From Candidatus Saccharimonadales bacterium (GTDB lineage Bacteria > Patescibacteriota > Saccharimonadia > Saccharimonadales > SZUA-47): a stretch of DNA of 64,000 bases. The notes under the pieces were generated by a model that did not search any database, was not told the DNA's origin, and saw only the letters and a program-made list of their open reading frames with translations. A program made the translations under genes and the position numbers. Positions 27,909 through 39,586 of this stretch are shown in pieces; positions within the stretch are counted from its first letter, which is position 1, and each line of letters opens with the position of its first letter. The DNA is taken from the NCBI GenBank assembly GCA_038211855.1, contig JBBQVE010000001.1:17648-81647 (forward strand), read 5' to 3'.

Positions 27909-28306
27909 TGGTCACCCGCCTCGAACTAGCCGAAATTATTGGTGAACGCACGTTGCGAGAGCCGATAGATTCTCTTAAGAATGCCATCGCAGCATACCTC
28001 TTAGAAGAAGGCGATGTCAGTGAACTTGATTCACTGATGCGCGACGTTTTGGCATATCGGGCGGACCATGGCTACATAGAGGCAACATTATTGAGCGCCC
28101 ATCCTTTGACTGATGCAGTGCGGAAGGATGTGGCCGACCTACTGAAGCAAGAATATCCCGCCGCCAAAGCAATCTCGATGAATGAAACGATTGACCCGAG
28201 TGTTGTTGGTGGCCTACGAATCGAACTGGCGGGTAAAGAATTAGACCTGACCGTCAGAGCAAAACTGAATACCCTGAAACGATTAACCGCTGCAAGGAAG
28301 GATTAA
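27908..28306 (+). CDS. atpH: F1 ATP synthase subunit delta (short, 132 aa)
   Basis: The C-terminal OSCP signature IDPSVVGGLRIELAGKELDLTVRAKLNTL is present. The start overlaps the atpF stop. Confidence 0.6.
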   Translation: MVTRLELAEIIGERTLREPIDSLKNAIAAYLLEEGDVSELDSLMRDVLAYRADHGYIEATLLSAHPLTDAVRKDVADLLKQEYPAAKAISMNETIDPSVVGGLRIELAGKELDLTVRAKLNTLKRLTAARKD

Positions 28307-28309
28307 CGC

Positions 28310-29869
28310 ATGAGTGCCATTATGAAAGATATATCAATCGCTGACCTGTCGGTCGACATCCGTTCGGCGATTGCTGAACTAAAGAAGCGCCCGGAAATTG
28401 AGCAGACCGGAATCGTCACCCGAGTTGGTGATGGTGTGGTTTGGATTTACGGCCTGACTACCTGTGGCTATAACGAAATGATCGAAATCGATGCAACCGA
28501 CGGAAGTGCGATTACGGCCTTTGCGTTTAACCTAGCAGAGGATGAAATCGGTGCTGTATTACTCGGTGATGACACGCTTATTAAAGCCGGTGCCAAGGCA
28601 AAATTGACCGGTAAAGTGCTCGAGGTCCCGGTTGGCCCAGAACTTGTCGGCCGCGTGGTAGACCCGCTCGGTAACCCGATCGATGGCAAAGGCGCCATCA
28701 AAACGACTCGCACCAGCCCTGTTGAGAAGATTGCCCCTGGCGTTTTGAGCCGCAAAAGTGTCCATGAACCACTTATGACTGGTATTATTGCCATCGATGC
28801 CATGGTGCCAATCGGCCGTGGTCAGCGTGAGCTTTTGATCGGTGACCGCCAAACTGGTAAAACCGCTATTGCCATCGACACCATGATCAACCAGCACCAG
28901 CAAAAAACAGGCGTGATTAATATTTATGTTGCGATTGGGCAGAAGATGAGCAAAGTTGCCCGTCTTGTTGAGCGCTTGAAGCGTGAAGGCGTCATGGACC
29001 AGACTATTGTGGTGGCGACGAGCGCAGCCAGCCCTGCATCTCTGCAGTATTTGGCACCTTACGCTGCAACCAGTATGGGTGAATACTTCCGCGATAACTC
29101 GCAACACGCTTTGATCATCTATGATGATCTTTCTAAGCACGCTGCCGCTTACCGCCAGATGTCACTGCTGCTCCGCAGTCCACCAGGTCGCGAAGCCTAC
29201 CCAGGTGACGTTTTCTATCTACACTCACGTTTACTCGAGCGCTCAGCTAAATTATCGGACGATCTCGGTGCCGGTTCTCTGACCGCCCTGCCAATCATCG
29301 AAACGCAGGCTGGCGATATCTCGGCCTACATTCCTACTAACGTGATTTCTATCACCGATGGTCAGATTTTCATGGAAACCAACTTGTTTTATCAGGGTAT
29401 TCGCCCCGCTGTCTCTGTTGGACTGTCTGTTTCACGTGTCGGTGGCTCTGCGCAGACCAAGGCCGTGAAGTCAGTTGCCAAATCGTTGCGTGTGGAGCTC
29501 GCTCAGTTCCGCGAACTCGCAGCCTTCAGCCAGTTCTCAACCGACCTCGACGCTGACACCAAGCAGAGTATCGAACGCGGTCAGCGCCTCACAGAACTTC
29601 TCAAACAGCCACAATATACCCCGTATGCCATCTGGCAAATGTACGTCATGTTGTTGTCTGCTAGTAACGGTGCCTTCGATAAAGTTCCGGTTGAGAAGAT
29701 CAAGACCGCCGAAGCTGCCCTGCTCCGCGATCTGAAGCACGATCACGCCAAATTGGTCGAGCATATCAACACCGGTGCCGAAGCCGACGAGGCGGGCCGT
29801 GAAGAAATTCTAAAACTCGCCCGTAGCATCGCCAAAGCCTATGAACACGTAGAAGCGAAGAAGGCTTAA
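28310..29869 (+). CDS. atpA: F1 ATP synthase subunit alpha
   Basis: GDRQTGKT Walker A and typical alpha motifs are present. Confidence 0.9.
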   Translation: MSAIMKDISIADLSVDIRSAIAELKKRPEIEQTGIVTRVGDGVVWIYGLTTCGYNEMIEIDATDGSAITAFAFNLAEDEIGAVLLGDDTLIKAGAKAKLTGKVLEVPVGPELVGRVVDPLGNPIDGKGAIKTTRTSPVEKIAPGVLSRKSVHEPLMTGIIAIDAMVPIGRGQRELLIGDRQTGKTAIAIDTMINQHQQKTGVINIYVAIGQKMSKVARLVERLKREGVMDQTIVVATSAASPASLQYLAPYAATSMGEYFRDNSQHALIIYDDLSKHAAAYRQMSLLLRSPPGREAYPGDVFYLHSRLLERSAKLSDDLGAGSLTALPIIETQAGDISAYIPTNVISITDGQIFMETNLFYQGIRPAVSVGLSVSRVGGSAQTKAVKSVAKSLRVELAQFRELAAFSQFSTDLDADTKQSIERGQRLTELLKQPQYTPYAIWQMYVMLLSASNGAFDKVPVEKIKTAEAALLRDLKHDHAKLVEHINTGAEADEAGREEILKLARSIAKAYEHVEAKKA

Positions 29870-29873
29870 CTCA

Positions 29874-30749
29874 ATGGCAAGCACCCAAATTCTCCAAAGG
29901 CGCATCAAAAGCGTACGTAGTACTCGCCAGATTACCAAGGCGATGGAATTGGTTGCTGCCTCAAAAATGCGTCATGCAACAGAGGTCGCGGAAAGCGGTC
30001 GCAGTTACCGCGAAGCCGCTCACGAGTTACTTTCACGCCTTGCGACTGTCAGTGATGTAAAAGAGCATCCTTTATTTATCCAGCGTCCAGTGAAGATTCG
30101 TCTTTACATCGCCATCACATCTGATCGCGGCCTCGCTGGTGCCTACAATTCAAATATCATCCGTCTGCTCACCAAAGCCGCCCTGGCTGACGAAGCCGCC
30201 GGTATTAAAGTCCAAGCCATGGTAATTGGGACGCGCGGTGTGCAGTTTGTGCGTCGTTTAGAAGGTATTGATCTGTTGGCAGCTTACCCAAGTTTCGGCG
30301 ATCAGCCGTCAGCTAATGACATTCGCCCGCTCCTTTCCAGCGCGGCTGATTTGTATGCCACCGGCAAAGTCGATGATGTGCAGTTGCTCTACACGCAACA
30401 CGTTTCGAGCATTGTTCAAACCGCTACTGCACTTTCACTATTGCCTGCCCGCCTCGAAGCTGGCACCAGCAATGAACCCGTACAGAAACTCGACAGTTTT
30501 ACTTTCGAACCGTCCGTGACGGCTGTACTTGATAATGTTACTGAGCGTCTTTTGGAAGTCCAAATCTGGCAAGCGATGCTCGAAAGTATTGCGAGCGAAC
30601 ACTCGATGCGTATGCTTAGTATGAAGAACGCCACTGACAACGCCAACGATCTGATTGATGATCTGACGCTGGCCTTCAACACGGCTCGCCAGGCGAACAT
30701 CACCCAGGAAATCGCCGAGGTGACAGGTGGTGCGGAGGCCATGAAATGA
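29874..30749 (+). CDS. atpG: F1 ATP synthase subunit gamma
   Basis: MKNATDNA...ITQEI..E C-terminal helix motifs are present. Confidence 0.85.
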   Translation: MASTQILQRRIKSVRSTRQITKAMELVAASKMRHATEVAESGRSYREAAHELLSRLATVSDVKEHPLFIQRPVKIRLYIAITSDRGLAGAYNSNIIRLLTKAALADEAAGIKVQAMVIGTRGVQFVRRLEGIDLLAAYPSFGDQPSANDIRPLLSSAADLYATGKVDDVQLLYTQHVSSIVQTATALSLLPARLEAGTSNEPVQKLDSFTFEPSVTAVLDNVTERLLEVQIWQAMLESIASEHSMRMLSMKNATDNANDLIDDLTLAFNTARQANITQEIAEVTGGAEAMK

Positions 30750-30804
30750 TCGATTCCACCGTGGGCCACGGCGTTGACCGTGAAGCGCTGCATAGACTAA
30801 CTGA

Positions 30805-32250
<1,446 letters not shown>

Positions 32251-32251
32251 T

Positions 32252-32482
32252 ATGATTGGCGAAGGCTTCGCCGGCATTGATCCAGCATCTCTGGCGGATG
32301 TTGAACGCATGAGCGCTGAGGTGATCACGCCCTCTATTGACCGTAACTTCGGTGATCAAAGTGCTGAACAGTTCAACGCAGGCATTGATGTAGTTAAGCC
32401 GGTAACTTTAAATCGTTTGCCAGGCGAAACAGCAGTGCAAGCTCATGTGAGGCTGCAGGCCGAAAAAGGAACGAACGAATGA
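32252..32482 (+). CDS. Small acidic ORF (76 aa) between atpD and atpC, hypothetical
   Basis: The ATG at 32252 is 2 nt after the atpD stop, and AAGGA lies about 15 nt upstream. Its stop overlaps the atpC start (ATGA at 32479-32482). Confidence 0.3.
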   Translation: MIGEGFAGIDPASLADVERMSAEVITPSIDRNFGDQSAEQFNAGIDVVKPVTLNRLPGETAVQAHVRLQAEKGTNE

Positions 32483-32910
32483 TTCACTTTACCCTTTATA
32501 CATTGAATGGTGTGAAGTACGACGATGATGCCTATGAGATCACCTTGCCTACCCTAGACGGCGAAATCGGTGTTTTGCCAGATCACATGCCGCTTATTAG
32601 CGTCGCCAGCCATGGTGCCATTTTGGTGCGCAAAACAGCGAATGAACGTGATGACCAGCGAGATGTTTTTGCAATCAGCGGTGGTACCATTCTGGTTGAA
32701 AAAAATACCCTTAAGGTGCTTGTTGATGAAGCCGATCATGCTGACGAATTGAATGAAGCAGAAGTCAAAGACGCTTATGCCCGTGCCGAAAAGATGAAGG
32801 CTGAAGCCCACGACCAAGTGTCGCTCGATCATGCGCAGTCTCTTATGGACCGCCAATCAGTCCGCCTTAAAGTCGTTGGCCTTAAACGCAAACCCCGCAA
32901 TAGAGGGTAG
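32479..32910 (+). CDS. atpC: F1 ATP synthase subunit epsilon
   Basis: 143 aa. The RBS AAAGGAA is 8 nt upstream. An N-terminal beta-sandwich (LPTLDGEIGVLPDH) is followed by a C-terminal helical hairpin. Confidence 0.8.
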   Translation: MIHFTLYTLNGVKYDDDAYEITLPTLDGEIGVLPDHMPLISVASHGAILVRKTANERDDQRDVFAISGGTILVEKNTLKVLVDEADHADELNEAEVKDAYARAEKMKAEAHDQVSLDHAQSLMDRQSVRLKVVGLKRKPRNRG

Positions 32911-32941
32911 CTAAAAATAAAAAAGAGCCCTTTCGGTTTTT
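32911..32941. terminator. Candidate bidirectional terminator (A-tract / short GC hairpin / T-tract)
   Basis: CTAAAAATAAAAAAGAGCCCTTTCGGTTTTTTT lies between the convergent atpC and ATP-grasp genes. The stem is short, so the structure is weak. Confidence 0.3.
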
Positions 32942-34228
32942 TTATTTTGTAATAATGTTGAGAAATTGTTCGATACGGCGGATGTCAGCTAGGACATTTG
33001 AACGACTTGCATCAAACAGGGTGAGTTCAAGTACGGGATCACCGCCGTGCTTGGCAAAGGTGCACTTCTCCCCGATCTCTTTACGAATACGCATGGTCTG
33101 AAGGGACTTCAGAGCCTGGACTTTGTATACACCCTGTATTTTTTCTAATTTGCCCTCTTTTTTGGCATAAAACTGTAGGACAGCAGTGTATCCAAGGACT
33201 TTCTTAGGGATTTTCGGCACTTCAGGTATGCGCACGAGCATGTCGTTGAAAGAGTGGTCAATGCCAAAGGACAGCTCATACATCTCATGACGGAAGCCAC
33301 CCATTCGTGGACCCAGTTCAATCACCTTCCAATTATCTTCAGTTCGAATAAGCTCAATGTGGCAGGTTGTGCTTCGCATTCCGAGTGCCTTTACCGCCCT
33401 CACCGCCGCCGCTTGGGCATCCTCGGTATGGCTGGAATTTAGCTGCGTTGGCGTCATACGCATGTAGCCAAAGAAGTCGTCAAAACCAACCTCTCGGCCG
33501 GTTTTTACATATACCATCGGCGTGAAGTACATTTGACCGACATTATCAACGTAGACATCTATCGAATACATGTCACCTTCCATGAATTCTTCAACAAGTA
33601 CTTTCGCTTCACCACGGCCGCGCTTCTTCTTATAAATCTGGTCTATCTTTTTGATGGTGGTTTTTACTACTGCCTCGAGTTCTTCACGGTGATAACAGAT
33701 ACTCACGAGCAGTGAGGCAGCGAGACCCGAAGGTTTGACGACCATCGGATAGCCAACCTCTTTTTCGATTTCGTCGATCGTTTCTTTCGTGTCATCATGG
33801 ATTACTAGAAAACGAGGTGCAATCGACTTGTCATAGCGACGTAATATACGGCGCATTTTAGTTTTTTCCGTCGTCCATTCCAGCGATGTTTCAGTCGGTG
33901 TCGTGCAAGCTGGTATAAATGGAATCACTTTTCGCAAATAAGGAACATTCCCATCGCTTGAACATGTCGCAGCCAGTATTTCATCAGTATATGGACGAAG
34001 ACTTGCCTGCAAGGTGTCCGTATTTTGAAAATCCGTACGTACAATTGTGACATGCTCAGCTAACTCTTGCCACTCAGCAACAGGGTATTCATCATCTACG
34101 AGTAAAAGCGCTTCATAAATGCGACCTTTTTGCTCAGAGTACTTTTCAAGTGCTCTTTGTTGGTACTTCGAAAAGCCGTTCACAAAAAGGTATCTAAAAC
34201 GTTGGTTTGTTAGCGGTCTTGAAGGCAT
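32942..34228 (-). CDS. ATP-grasp enzyme, L-amino-acid-ligase-like
   Basis: 428 aa. ATP-grasp motifs are present: PMVVKPSGLAAS, EEFMEG, IELGPRMGG. Size and motif pattern resemble BacD/RizA-type ligases; that assignment is inference. Confidence 0.5.
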   Translation of the reverse strand: MPSRPLTNQRFRYLFVNGFSKYQQRALEKYSEQKGRIYEALLLVDDEYPVAEWQELAEHVTIVRTDFQNTDTLQASLRPYTDEILAATCSSDGNVPYLRKVIPFIPACTTPTETSLEWTTEKTKMRRILRRYDKSIAPRFLVIHDDTKETIDEIEKEVGYPMVVKPSGLAASLLVSICYHREELEAVVKTTIKKIDQIYKKKRGRGEAKVLVEEFMEGDMYSIDVYVDNVGQMYFTPMVYVKTGREVGFDDFFGYMRMTPTQLNSSHTEDAQAAAVRAVKALGMRSTTCHIELIRTEDNWKVIELGPRMGGFRHEMYELSFGIDHSFNDMLVRIPEVPKIPKKVLGYTAVLQFYAKKEGKLEKIQGVYKVQALKSLQTMRIRKEIGEKCTFAKHGGDPVLELTLFDASRSNVLADIRRIEQFLNIITK

Positions 34229-34364
34229 AAGAATAACAAATTAATGAGTATATTATACAATAAAAGATTACAGATAGCAACAGTTTAGCTGAAGCTCTTA
34301 CTGCGTACTATATACGGTTGTCCCTATCTTTAGCAAGCATACTTTGTGATGTAGAACACACCTT

Positions 34365-35276
34365 CTATAGAGAGATCAAATATTCAGCTACTTTTTCGGT
34401 AATGTAATCGGCAGCTCCACCCATACTTGTAGCTGTTAAACCAGGTTTACTATTAAGCTCGACCAACTTAATGCCGCGCTTGGTATTCGCAAAATCGGCC
34501 GAAATATACCGGGCATCAGCTTTGAAGTAACTATCAATCTCGAGGGCAAGCGCTTTAATATTGGTCGGAATTTCCTCTGGGTATAAGAGGCGCTGACTGG
34601 CACCCTGGGACATATTGGCTTTCAGCTCACCTTTTGCCGGTATACGGAGCTGGCCACCAATAACTGAACCCCCGGCAATCAGAACTCGTATATCATGAGG
34701 TCCCTCTACGAGACCTTCAACATCTGCAAAATCATCAATAAATTCCTGTACCATTAACGGAAACCGGTCAGGCACTTGGTCATATATTTCGCTTTTTTTG
34801 CCGATATAAATCTGGTGACCACCATTGCCTTCAGGCTCTTTCACTACAACCATTTCACCCACTAGCTTGGTGAATGCTTCTTTTACCTCGTCGAAATCAC
34901 GGCAGATAAACGACAGTGGCTGGTATCTTGCGAATAGCTCATAGGTTTTATTTTTGTCGTTGGTTATTTCGTGGATATATTTTGGATTAATAACAAGTAC
35001 GTCTTCATCTGTAAAACCGCCTTTTTCAAGTATGACATCAGCTCTCACATCATTTACTTTTTTGAAATCAGCAACCTCGCTCATTTCATCGACGGTATAG
35101 GCAGTCGAAAATAGACCGTCGCCTTTGTAGGTAGTCTTATCAGTTGCAAAATAGGCTCCAGCACCGAGTCTCTTCAGTGATAAAATTAGTTGTTGATACG
35201 ACTCTTTATAGTACTGGTGATTAAATGGATAGCCCTCTTTGTCGATTGTCCTACAGAATATAACGATGTTTTTCAT
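34365..35276 (-). CDS. ATP-grasp ligase, RimK/GshB-like (paralog 1)
   Basis: 303 aa with GEMVVVKEPEGNGGHQIYI, QEFID, HDIRVLIAGGSV and VELNSKPGL. It is alignable end-to-end with the adjacent gene. Confidence 0.5.
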   Translation of the reverse strand: MKNIVIFCRTIDKEGYPFNHQYYKESYQQLILSLKRLGAGAYFATDKTTYKGDGLFSTAYTVDEMSEVADFKKVNDVRADVILEKGGFTDEDVLVINPKYIHEITNDKNKTYELFARYQPLSFICRDFDEVKEAFTKLVGEMVVVKEPEGNGGHQIYIGKKSEIYDQVPDRFPLMVQEFIDDFADVEGLVEGPHDIRVLIAGGSVIGGQLRIPAKGELKANMSQGASQRLLYPEEIPTNIKALALEIDSYFKADARYISADFANTKRGIKLVELNSKPGLTATSMGGAADYITEKVAEYLISL

Positions 35277-36196
35277 GCGAGGCTTACCAAGTAATCTGCG
35301 AGGCCGCTCATGAAACTGCGGGCCAATTCACCCGTTGATTCTCTGAATAAGCCAGGCTTATTATTAAGTTCCACCATTAACCACCCTTGCTTTCCTTTGG
35401 CAAAATCAATCGCATAGTAGCGCGGTAAAGATTCGAGTTGGCTGTCAACGTCCTGGACTATGTCAAGAACTTCCTGTGGAATAGCAGTTTTGTGAATAAG
35501 CTTTTCACTCCCGCCCAGAGAGACGTTTGCGTGTAATTTTCCTTTTGCGGGTTCACGAATCGTAGCACCGAGTACAGTTCCACCTGCAACTAACACGCGT
35601 AAATCGTGTATACCGGCCGCTAATCCTTCTATGCCGCCGCTCATATCGATAAATTCCTGCACAATAAGTGGAAACGTTTCATTCACAGGGATTTGTATCT
35701 TTTCTTTAAGGTCGATGTAAACCTGGCTTCCGCCGCTCCCATATGGGTTTTTGACTACAACCATTTCGCCTGTCATTGCGTTTATTGCTTGTGATACTTC
35801 CTCGATCGAGTGACACGTTACAGATTTTGGTTGGTAGCGTTCAAACTTTTGATAGGTAAGAACCTTATCGTTCAGAATTGGATGTAGCCGATGGTCAGTA
35901 ACGACTTTGATATCTGTACCCTCAAATCCACCTTTATCAAAAACAACATCGGCATGGATTGGGCCGGTTAGAATAAAGTCATTCACTTGGCTGACCTGAT
36001 CGATTGTCCATGCCTTAGAGAAATTTCCGTTGCCCACATAGGAATCATTGCCAGTTACAAAAAAAGCTTGAGCGCCGGCCCGCTTCATCGCAAGGAGGTA
36101 CTCCTGGTAGGAGTAAAAATAGAGATCGCGCACTGAAAAAGGGTATTTATCGGTTGCCACATTGCGCACAAAAAAAGCAATAGTTTTAGTCTTCAC
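35273..36196 (-). CDS. ATP-grasp ligase, RimK/GshB-like (paralog 2)
   Basis: 307 aa with GEMVVVKNPYGSGGSQVYI, QEFID, HDLRVLVAGGTV and VELNNKPGL. It overlaps paralog 1 by 4 nt. Confidence 0.5.
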   Translation of the reverse strand: MKTKTIAFFVRNVATDKYPFSVRDLYFYSYQEYLLAMKRAGAQAFFVTGNDSYVGNGNFSKAWTIDQVSQVNDFILTGPIHADVVFDKGGFEGTDIKVVTDHRLHPILNDKVLTYQKFERYQPKSVTCHSIEEVSQAINAMTGEMVVVKNPYGSGGSQVYIDLKEKIQIPVNETFPLIVQEFIDMSGGIEGLAAGIHDLRVLVAGGTVLGATIREPAKGKLHANVSLGGSEKLIHKTAIPQEVLDIVQDVDSQLESLPRYYAIDFAKGKQGWLMVELNNKPGLFRESTGELARSFMSGLADYLVSLA

Positions 36197-36245
36197 AATT
36201 AGATTATAATACGGGAAAGCCGTCTAAACTCCTAAAAGGATATAC

Positions 36246-37535
36246 ATGCATCAGAATCATCTAAATTGTTTGTTTGAGTTATGGCAGAAGACGTCTGCAC
36301 CGATGTTTCATACTAGCGAATTTTGGCCAACGTTCACAAACGATGCAGTTCAAGATTTTTTGCGAGCGAAGACCGACGAGCCCCTCTCTAGTTCGCCTAC
36401 AAATAGGGTTGTTTTACTTGAAAACAGACAGAAAATCGAAGCATTTTTGGCAGAAATTAAAACGTTGTCAGAAGAAAAGTACGCCTGTTGGCAGATATAT
36501 ATCGATTTTGAGTCTGCTCGGCTAGCCGAGCTGGATCTGATTTTTGAAGCTACCGATGAAGCCAAAAGCCAGCAGCTGAATGACCAGTTGTTTGGCGTGC
36601 CAGCTGAGTTGCATGAAGCCGATGCCCTCTCTTACCTACTATATAATGTGCAAGCTTTAGAGCCAGTTTCCACGTTGGCAGCAGACGCGCGCCAGCGCTT
36701 AATTGAGGCCTGGTCAGCGGTGGAGCCAAACGTAAACATAAAAGAACTATTTACTGCCTACGATGACTACCGTGTCCAGCTCAAGCCCTACATAGCAGAA
36801 AACTTTGCCTTTCTTGATGAGCTGTTAGCTAGCCATAGTGACATGCTGACGACAGAAGAAACAGTTGAAGCACTTGATGCAGCACTCGAACACATGGAAT
36901 GCAATTCGAGCGGCTGGACGGCAGCAATTCGCGATGGTGCGCCAAACGCTTTTATTGATTACGACAAAAAGAATATCGTTTTGCCGCACGGCCGACCATA
37001 TTCCAAGACACATTTGCGGGGGTTGATCATTCATGAGATTGGTGTGCACGTGACCCGTTCAGTGAATGGCGAGCAGAGCTTAGAAAAACTGGCGGCTGTC
37101 GGTTTGCCGGGCTATGGTCCAGCCGAGGAAGCGATGGGCACGTTATTCGAAAACGCACCGCGCGAGCATTTTGAACTTATGCACAGCCTCGTGGCGTTTG
37201 CAATCATAAATTTTGCATCGCACAGTCACTCCTTCCGTAAGGTCCATGAGCTCACCAAAGCACTGCTCATTTGCCTCGACAAAAAAACCGAGGAACAGCT
37301 TGTACATTACACGCCAGATTACGGCAGAATGGCTTTCTCGCGCTGTATACGCATGATGCGACTCGGTACTGGCGTAATCGTTGACCGTTCGACGACCAAG
37401 TATTGGCGTGGTCTTGGCATGCTGAGAGATTATTTCGAAATCCACGGAACCTCAAACCAAGTGATTGAAGAATTTTTACTTGGCAAATATGACTGCCTGA
37501 AGCCCGCCCAACTCAAACTTATTAAAAAACACTAA
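36246..37535 (+). CDS. Putative zinc metallopeptidase with HExxxH motif (DUF1704 / QEGLA / MATCAP-like)
   Basis: 429 aa. HEIGVH is encoded at 37032-37049 and an EEAMG element lies about 28 aa downstream. It is divergent from the RimK-like pair across a 49-nt spacer. Confidence 0.4.
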   Translation: MHQNHLNCLFELWQKTSAPMFHTSEFWPTFTNDAVQDFLRAKTDEPLSSSPTNRVVLLENRQKIEAFLAEIKTLSEEKYACWQIYIDFESARLAELDLIFEATDEAKSQQLNDQLFGVPAELHEADALSYLLYNVQALEPVSTLAADARQRLIEAWSAVEPNVNIKELFTAYDDYRVQLKPYIAENFAFLDELLASHSDMLTTEETVEALDAALEHMECNSSGWTAAIRDGAPNAFIDYDKKNIVLPHGRPYSKTHLRGLIIHEIGVHVTRSVNGEQSLEKLAAVGLPGYGPAEEAMGTLFENAPREHFELMHSLVAFAIINFASHSHSFRKVHELTKALLICLDKKTEEQLVHYTPDYGRMAFSRCIRMMRLGTGVIVDRSTTKYWRGLGMLRDYFEIHGTSNQVIEEFLLGKYDCLKPAQLKLIKKH

Positions 37536-39454
37536 TCGATTCGGACAGGAACTAATTCGACGCTGACACGGCCGTCTTTGCCGAGGCCGTAATACTCATA
37601 GCTTGGGCTAGAATTGCGCATCATAAAGGCATATAAACGAGCGCGGATTCTACGGAAGACGTGAATACCATGAGTCTTTGGAATAATGATTCGCTCGCGG
37701 CCGACGTACACAATCCAGTCGTCCATAGTATCATCTGGTGTCAAATCGTGGCGCGTGGCAATCTGTGCGATAACCCTCTCGACATTCGGCTCTTCCAAAA
37801 AACCAAAGCGAGCCTTGATGGACAGTAGCGAGGTCTCTTTCTGATGGTTATTCTCAAACGAAGTGATTTCGAGGCGCTTTGGTCCGCGTTCGTATGGACG
37901 TTTCGTCTGCACCACCGTCAAAATAATGAGATGTTGCGGCATATGTTTGAACTTTTTAAAAAATAGTTCCACAAGCGGTGGGACCGGGGAATCCAGGTCG
38001 ACCGGATTATGGACGGTGAGCACCAACAAATTGCTGGAAACTCCGGCAGGTTGGGCTTCTTTGATCTTCAACAAAGACCGCATCGTCATGCTGGAATGGC
38101 CAAGAAAGGTTCGACGAACATGGCCTTTGCCCCACTGCCACGTCCCCATCACAATAAACAGCAGCAAGCCAATTGTTAGTGGCACATAGCCCCCTACGAA
38201 TACTTTGAGCGAGTTGGCCGCTAAAAAACATAAGTCAATGAGCGCAAAACTGCCAAAGAGTAAGAAGGCAGGAAACTTCTTCCACCCCCACTCAAGTCGC
38301 GCGACTTGCAATACAGAAACTGCCGTAATCAGCATAACCGCCGAAACCGCCAATCCATATGCGGCCGCTAAGTTACTACTCGTTTTGAAGGACACAACCA
38401 GAGCCACGCAGCCAATATATAGTGACCAATTAATAAACGGCAGATAAATCTGACCTTCGTGCTCTTGGTGTGTATGATGGATTTTGAGACGAGGCAACAA
38501 TCCCAGTGCGATGCCCTGACTGGCGAGGCTAAAGGCACCCGAAATTAACGCCTGGCTGGCAATGACAGTAGCGAAAGCGGCCAATATGACCATCGGATAC
38601 AAGAGCGTGTGCGGCACCATACTAAAGAAGATATTACTATCGGCAACTGGTTTGTGAGAAAGCAGATAAGCCCCCTGCCCAAGATAACTCAACATCAGAC
38701 AAGGCATCACCACCGTGAACCAACTCAAACGAATCGGCGAGCGTCCAAAGTGTCCCATGTCTGCATAGAGTGCTTCGCCACCCGTTACGACCAGCATAAC
38801 GGAGCCGAGAATTATCAAGAGTTCATAGGGTTTGGTTCGAATAATAAATTGAATGGCTTCGAGTGGATTGAAGGAGCGCAAGATTGACGGCTCAATAATC
38901 AGCTGACGGATACCAAGCGCGGCAATTGTAATAAACCACAGCAAAATAATCGGTCCAAAAACTTTACCTATCACAGCCGTGCCTTTGCGTTGGACCAGGA
39001 AAAGCCCTGTCAAAATAGCGATAGTAATCGGAATAACAAAGCTCGCCAGCGCCGGTGTGGCTATCTTCAAACCTTCAACGGCTGAAAGCACGCTGATGGC
39101 GGGCGTAATAATGCCGTCACCAAAGAGCAATCCGGCACCAAAAGTGAGGACGAGCGCCAAAACTGCTGCAGTCTTCACTTTGTGTCGTCGCAGCAGTGCA
39201 ACGAGAGCAAAAACGCCGCCTTCGCCGTCGTTATCAGCCCGTAAAACAAAGATCACATATTTAATAGCAACAATCAAGATGAGCGCCCACAAAACAACAG
39301 AAATCAGGCCAACGACATTGCTTGGGCTGTACTTGCCACCGCGTCCAAAGAAAATCTCGTTAATGGCATACAGCGGACTGGTACCAATGTCGCCATAGAC
39401 GACACCGAGAGCGCCAAAGGCCAGAACGAGGAGTGGAGTTTTTTTGTTTGACAT
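37532..39454 (-). CDS. kup: KUP/HAK/KT potassium uptake transporter
   Basis: The ATG at 39454 (MSNKKTPLLVLAFGALGVVYGDIGTSPLY...) gives about 641 aa. The upstream 107 codons of the track ORF are Cys-rich and unconserved. Confidence 0.8.
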   Translation of the reverse strand: MSNKKTPLLVLAFGALGVVYGDIGTSPLYAINEIFFGRGGKYSPSNVVGLISVVLWALILIVAIKYVIFVLRADNDGEGGVFALVALLRRHKVKTAAVLALVLTFGAGLLFGDGIITPAISVLSAVEGLKIATPALASFVIPITIAILTGLFLVQRKGTAVIGKVFGPIILLWFITIAALGIRQLIIEPSILRSFNPLEAIQFIIRTKPYELLIILGSVMLVVTGGEALYADMGHFGRSPIRLSWFTVVMPCLMLSYLGQGAYLLSHKPVADSNIFFSMVPHTLLYPMVILAAFATVIASQALISGAFSLASQGIALGLLPRLKIHHTHQEHEGQIYLPFINWSLYIGCVALVVSFKTSSNLAAAYGLAVSAVMLITAVSVLQVARLEWGWKKFPAFLLFGSFALIDLCFLAANSLKVFVGGYVPLTIGLLLFIVMGTWQWGKGHVRRTFLGHSSMTMRSLLKIKEAQPAGVSSNLLVLTVHNPVDLDSPVPPLVELFFKKFKHMPQHLIILTVVQTKRPYERGPKRLEITSFENNHQKETSLLSIKARFGFLEEPNVERVIAQIATRHDLTPDDTMDDWIVYVGRERIIIPKTHGIHVFRRIRARLYAFMMRNSSPSYEYYGLGKDGRVSVELVPVRID

Positions 39455-39586
39455 GTGTTCGTTTCGAGGGTTTCTTAAACACTCATTATAATGTGCTTCA
39501 AGCGTTTTGCCAATCAGTTTAAGGTGATATAGTTGCGAGTTAGCAAAAAACGTTTTATGCTGAAGGTACTTAAAGAGGGTTACACA

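Noticed and set aside
28559-29140. 193-aa minus-strand ORF inside atpA
   Set aside because: It is antisense to a highly conserved gene and is a shadow ORF.
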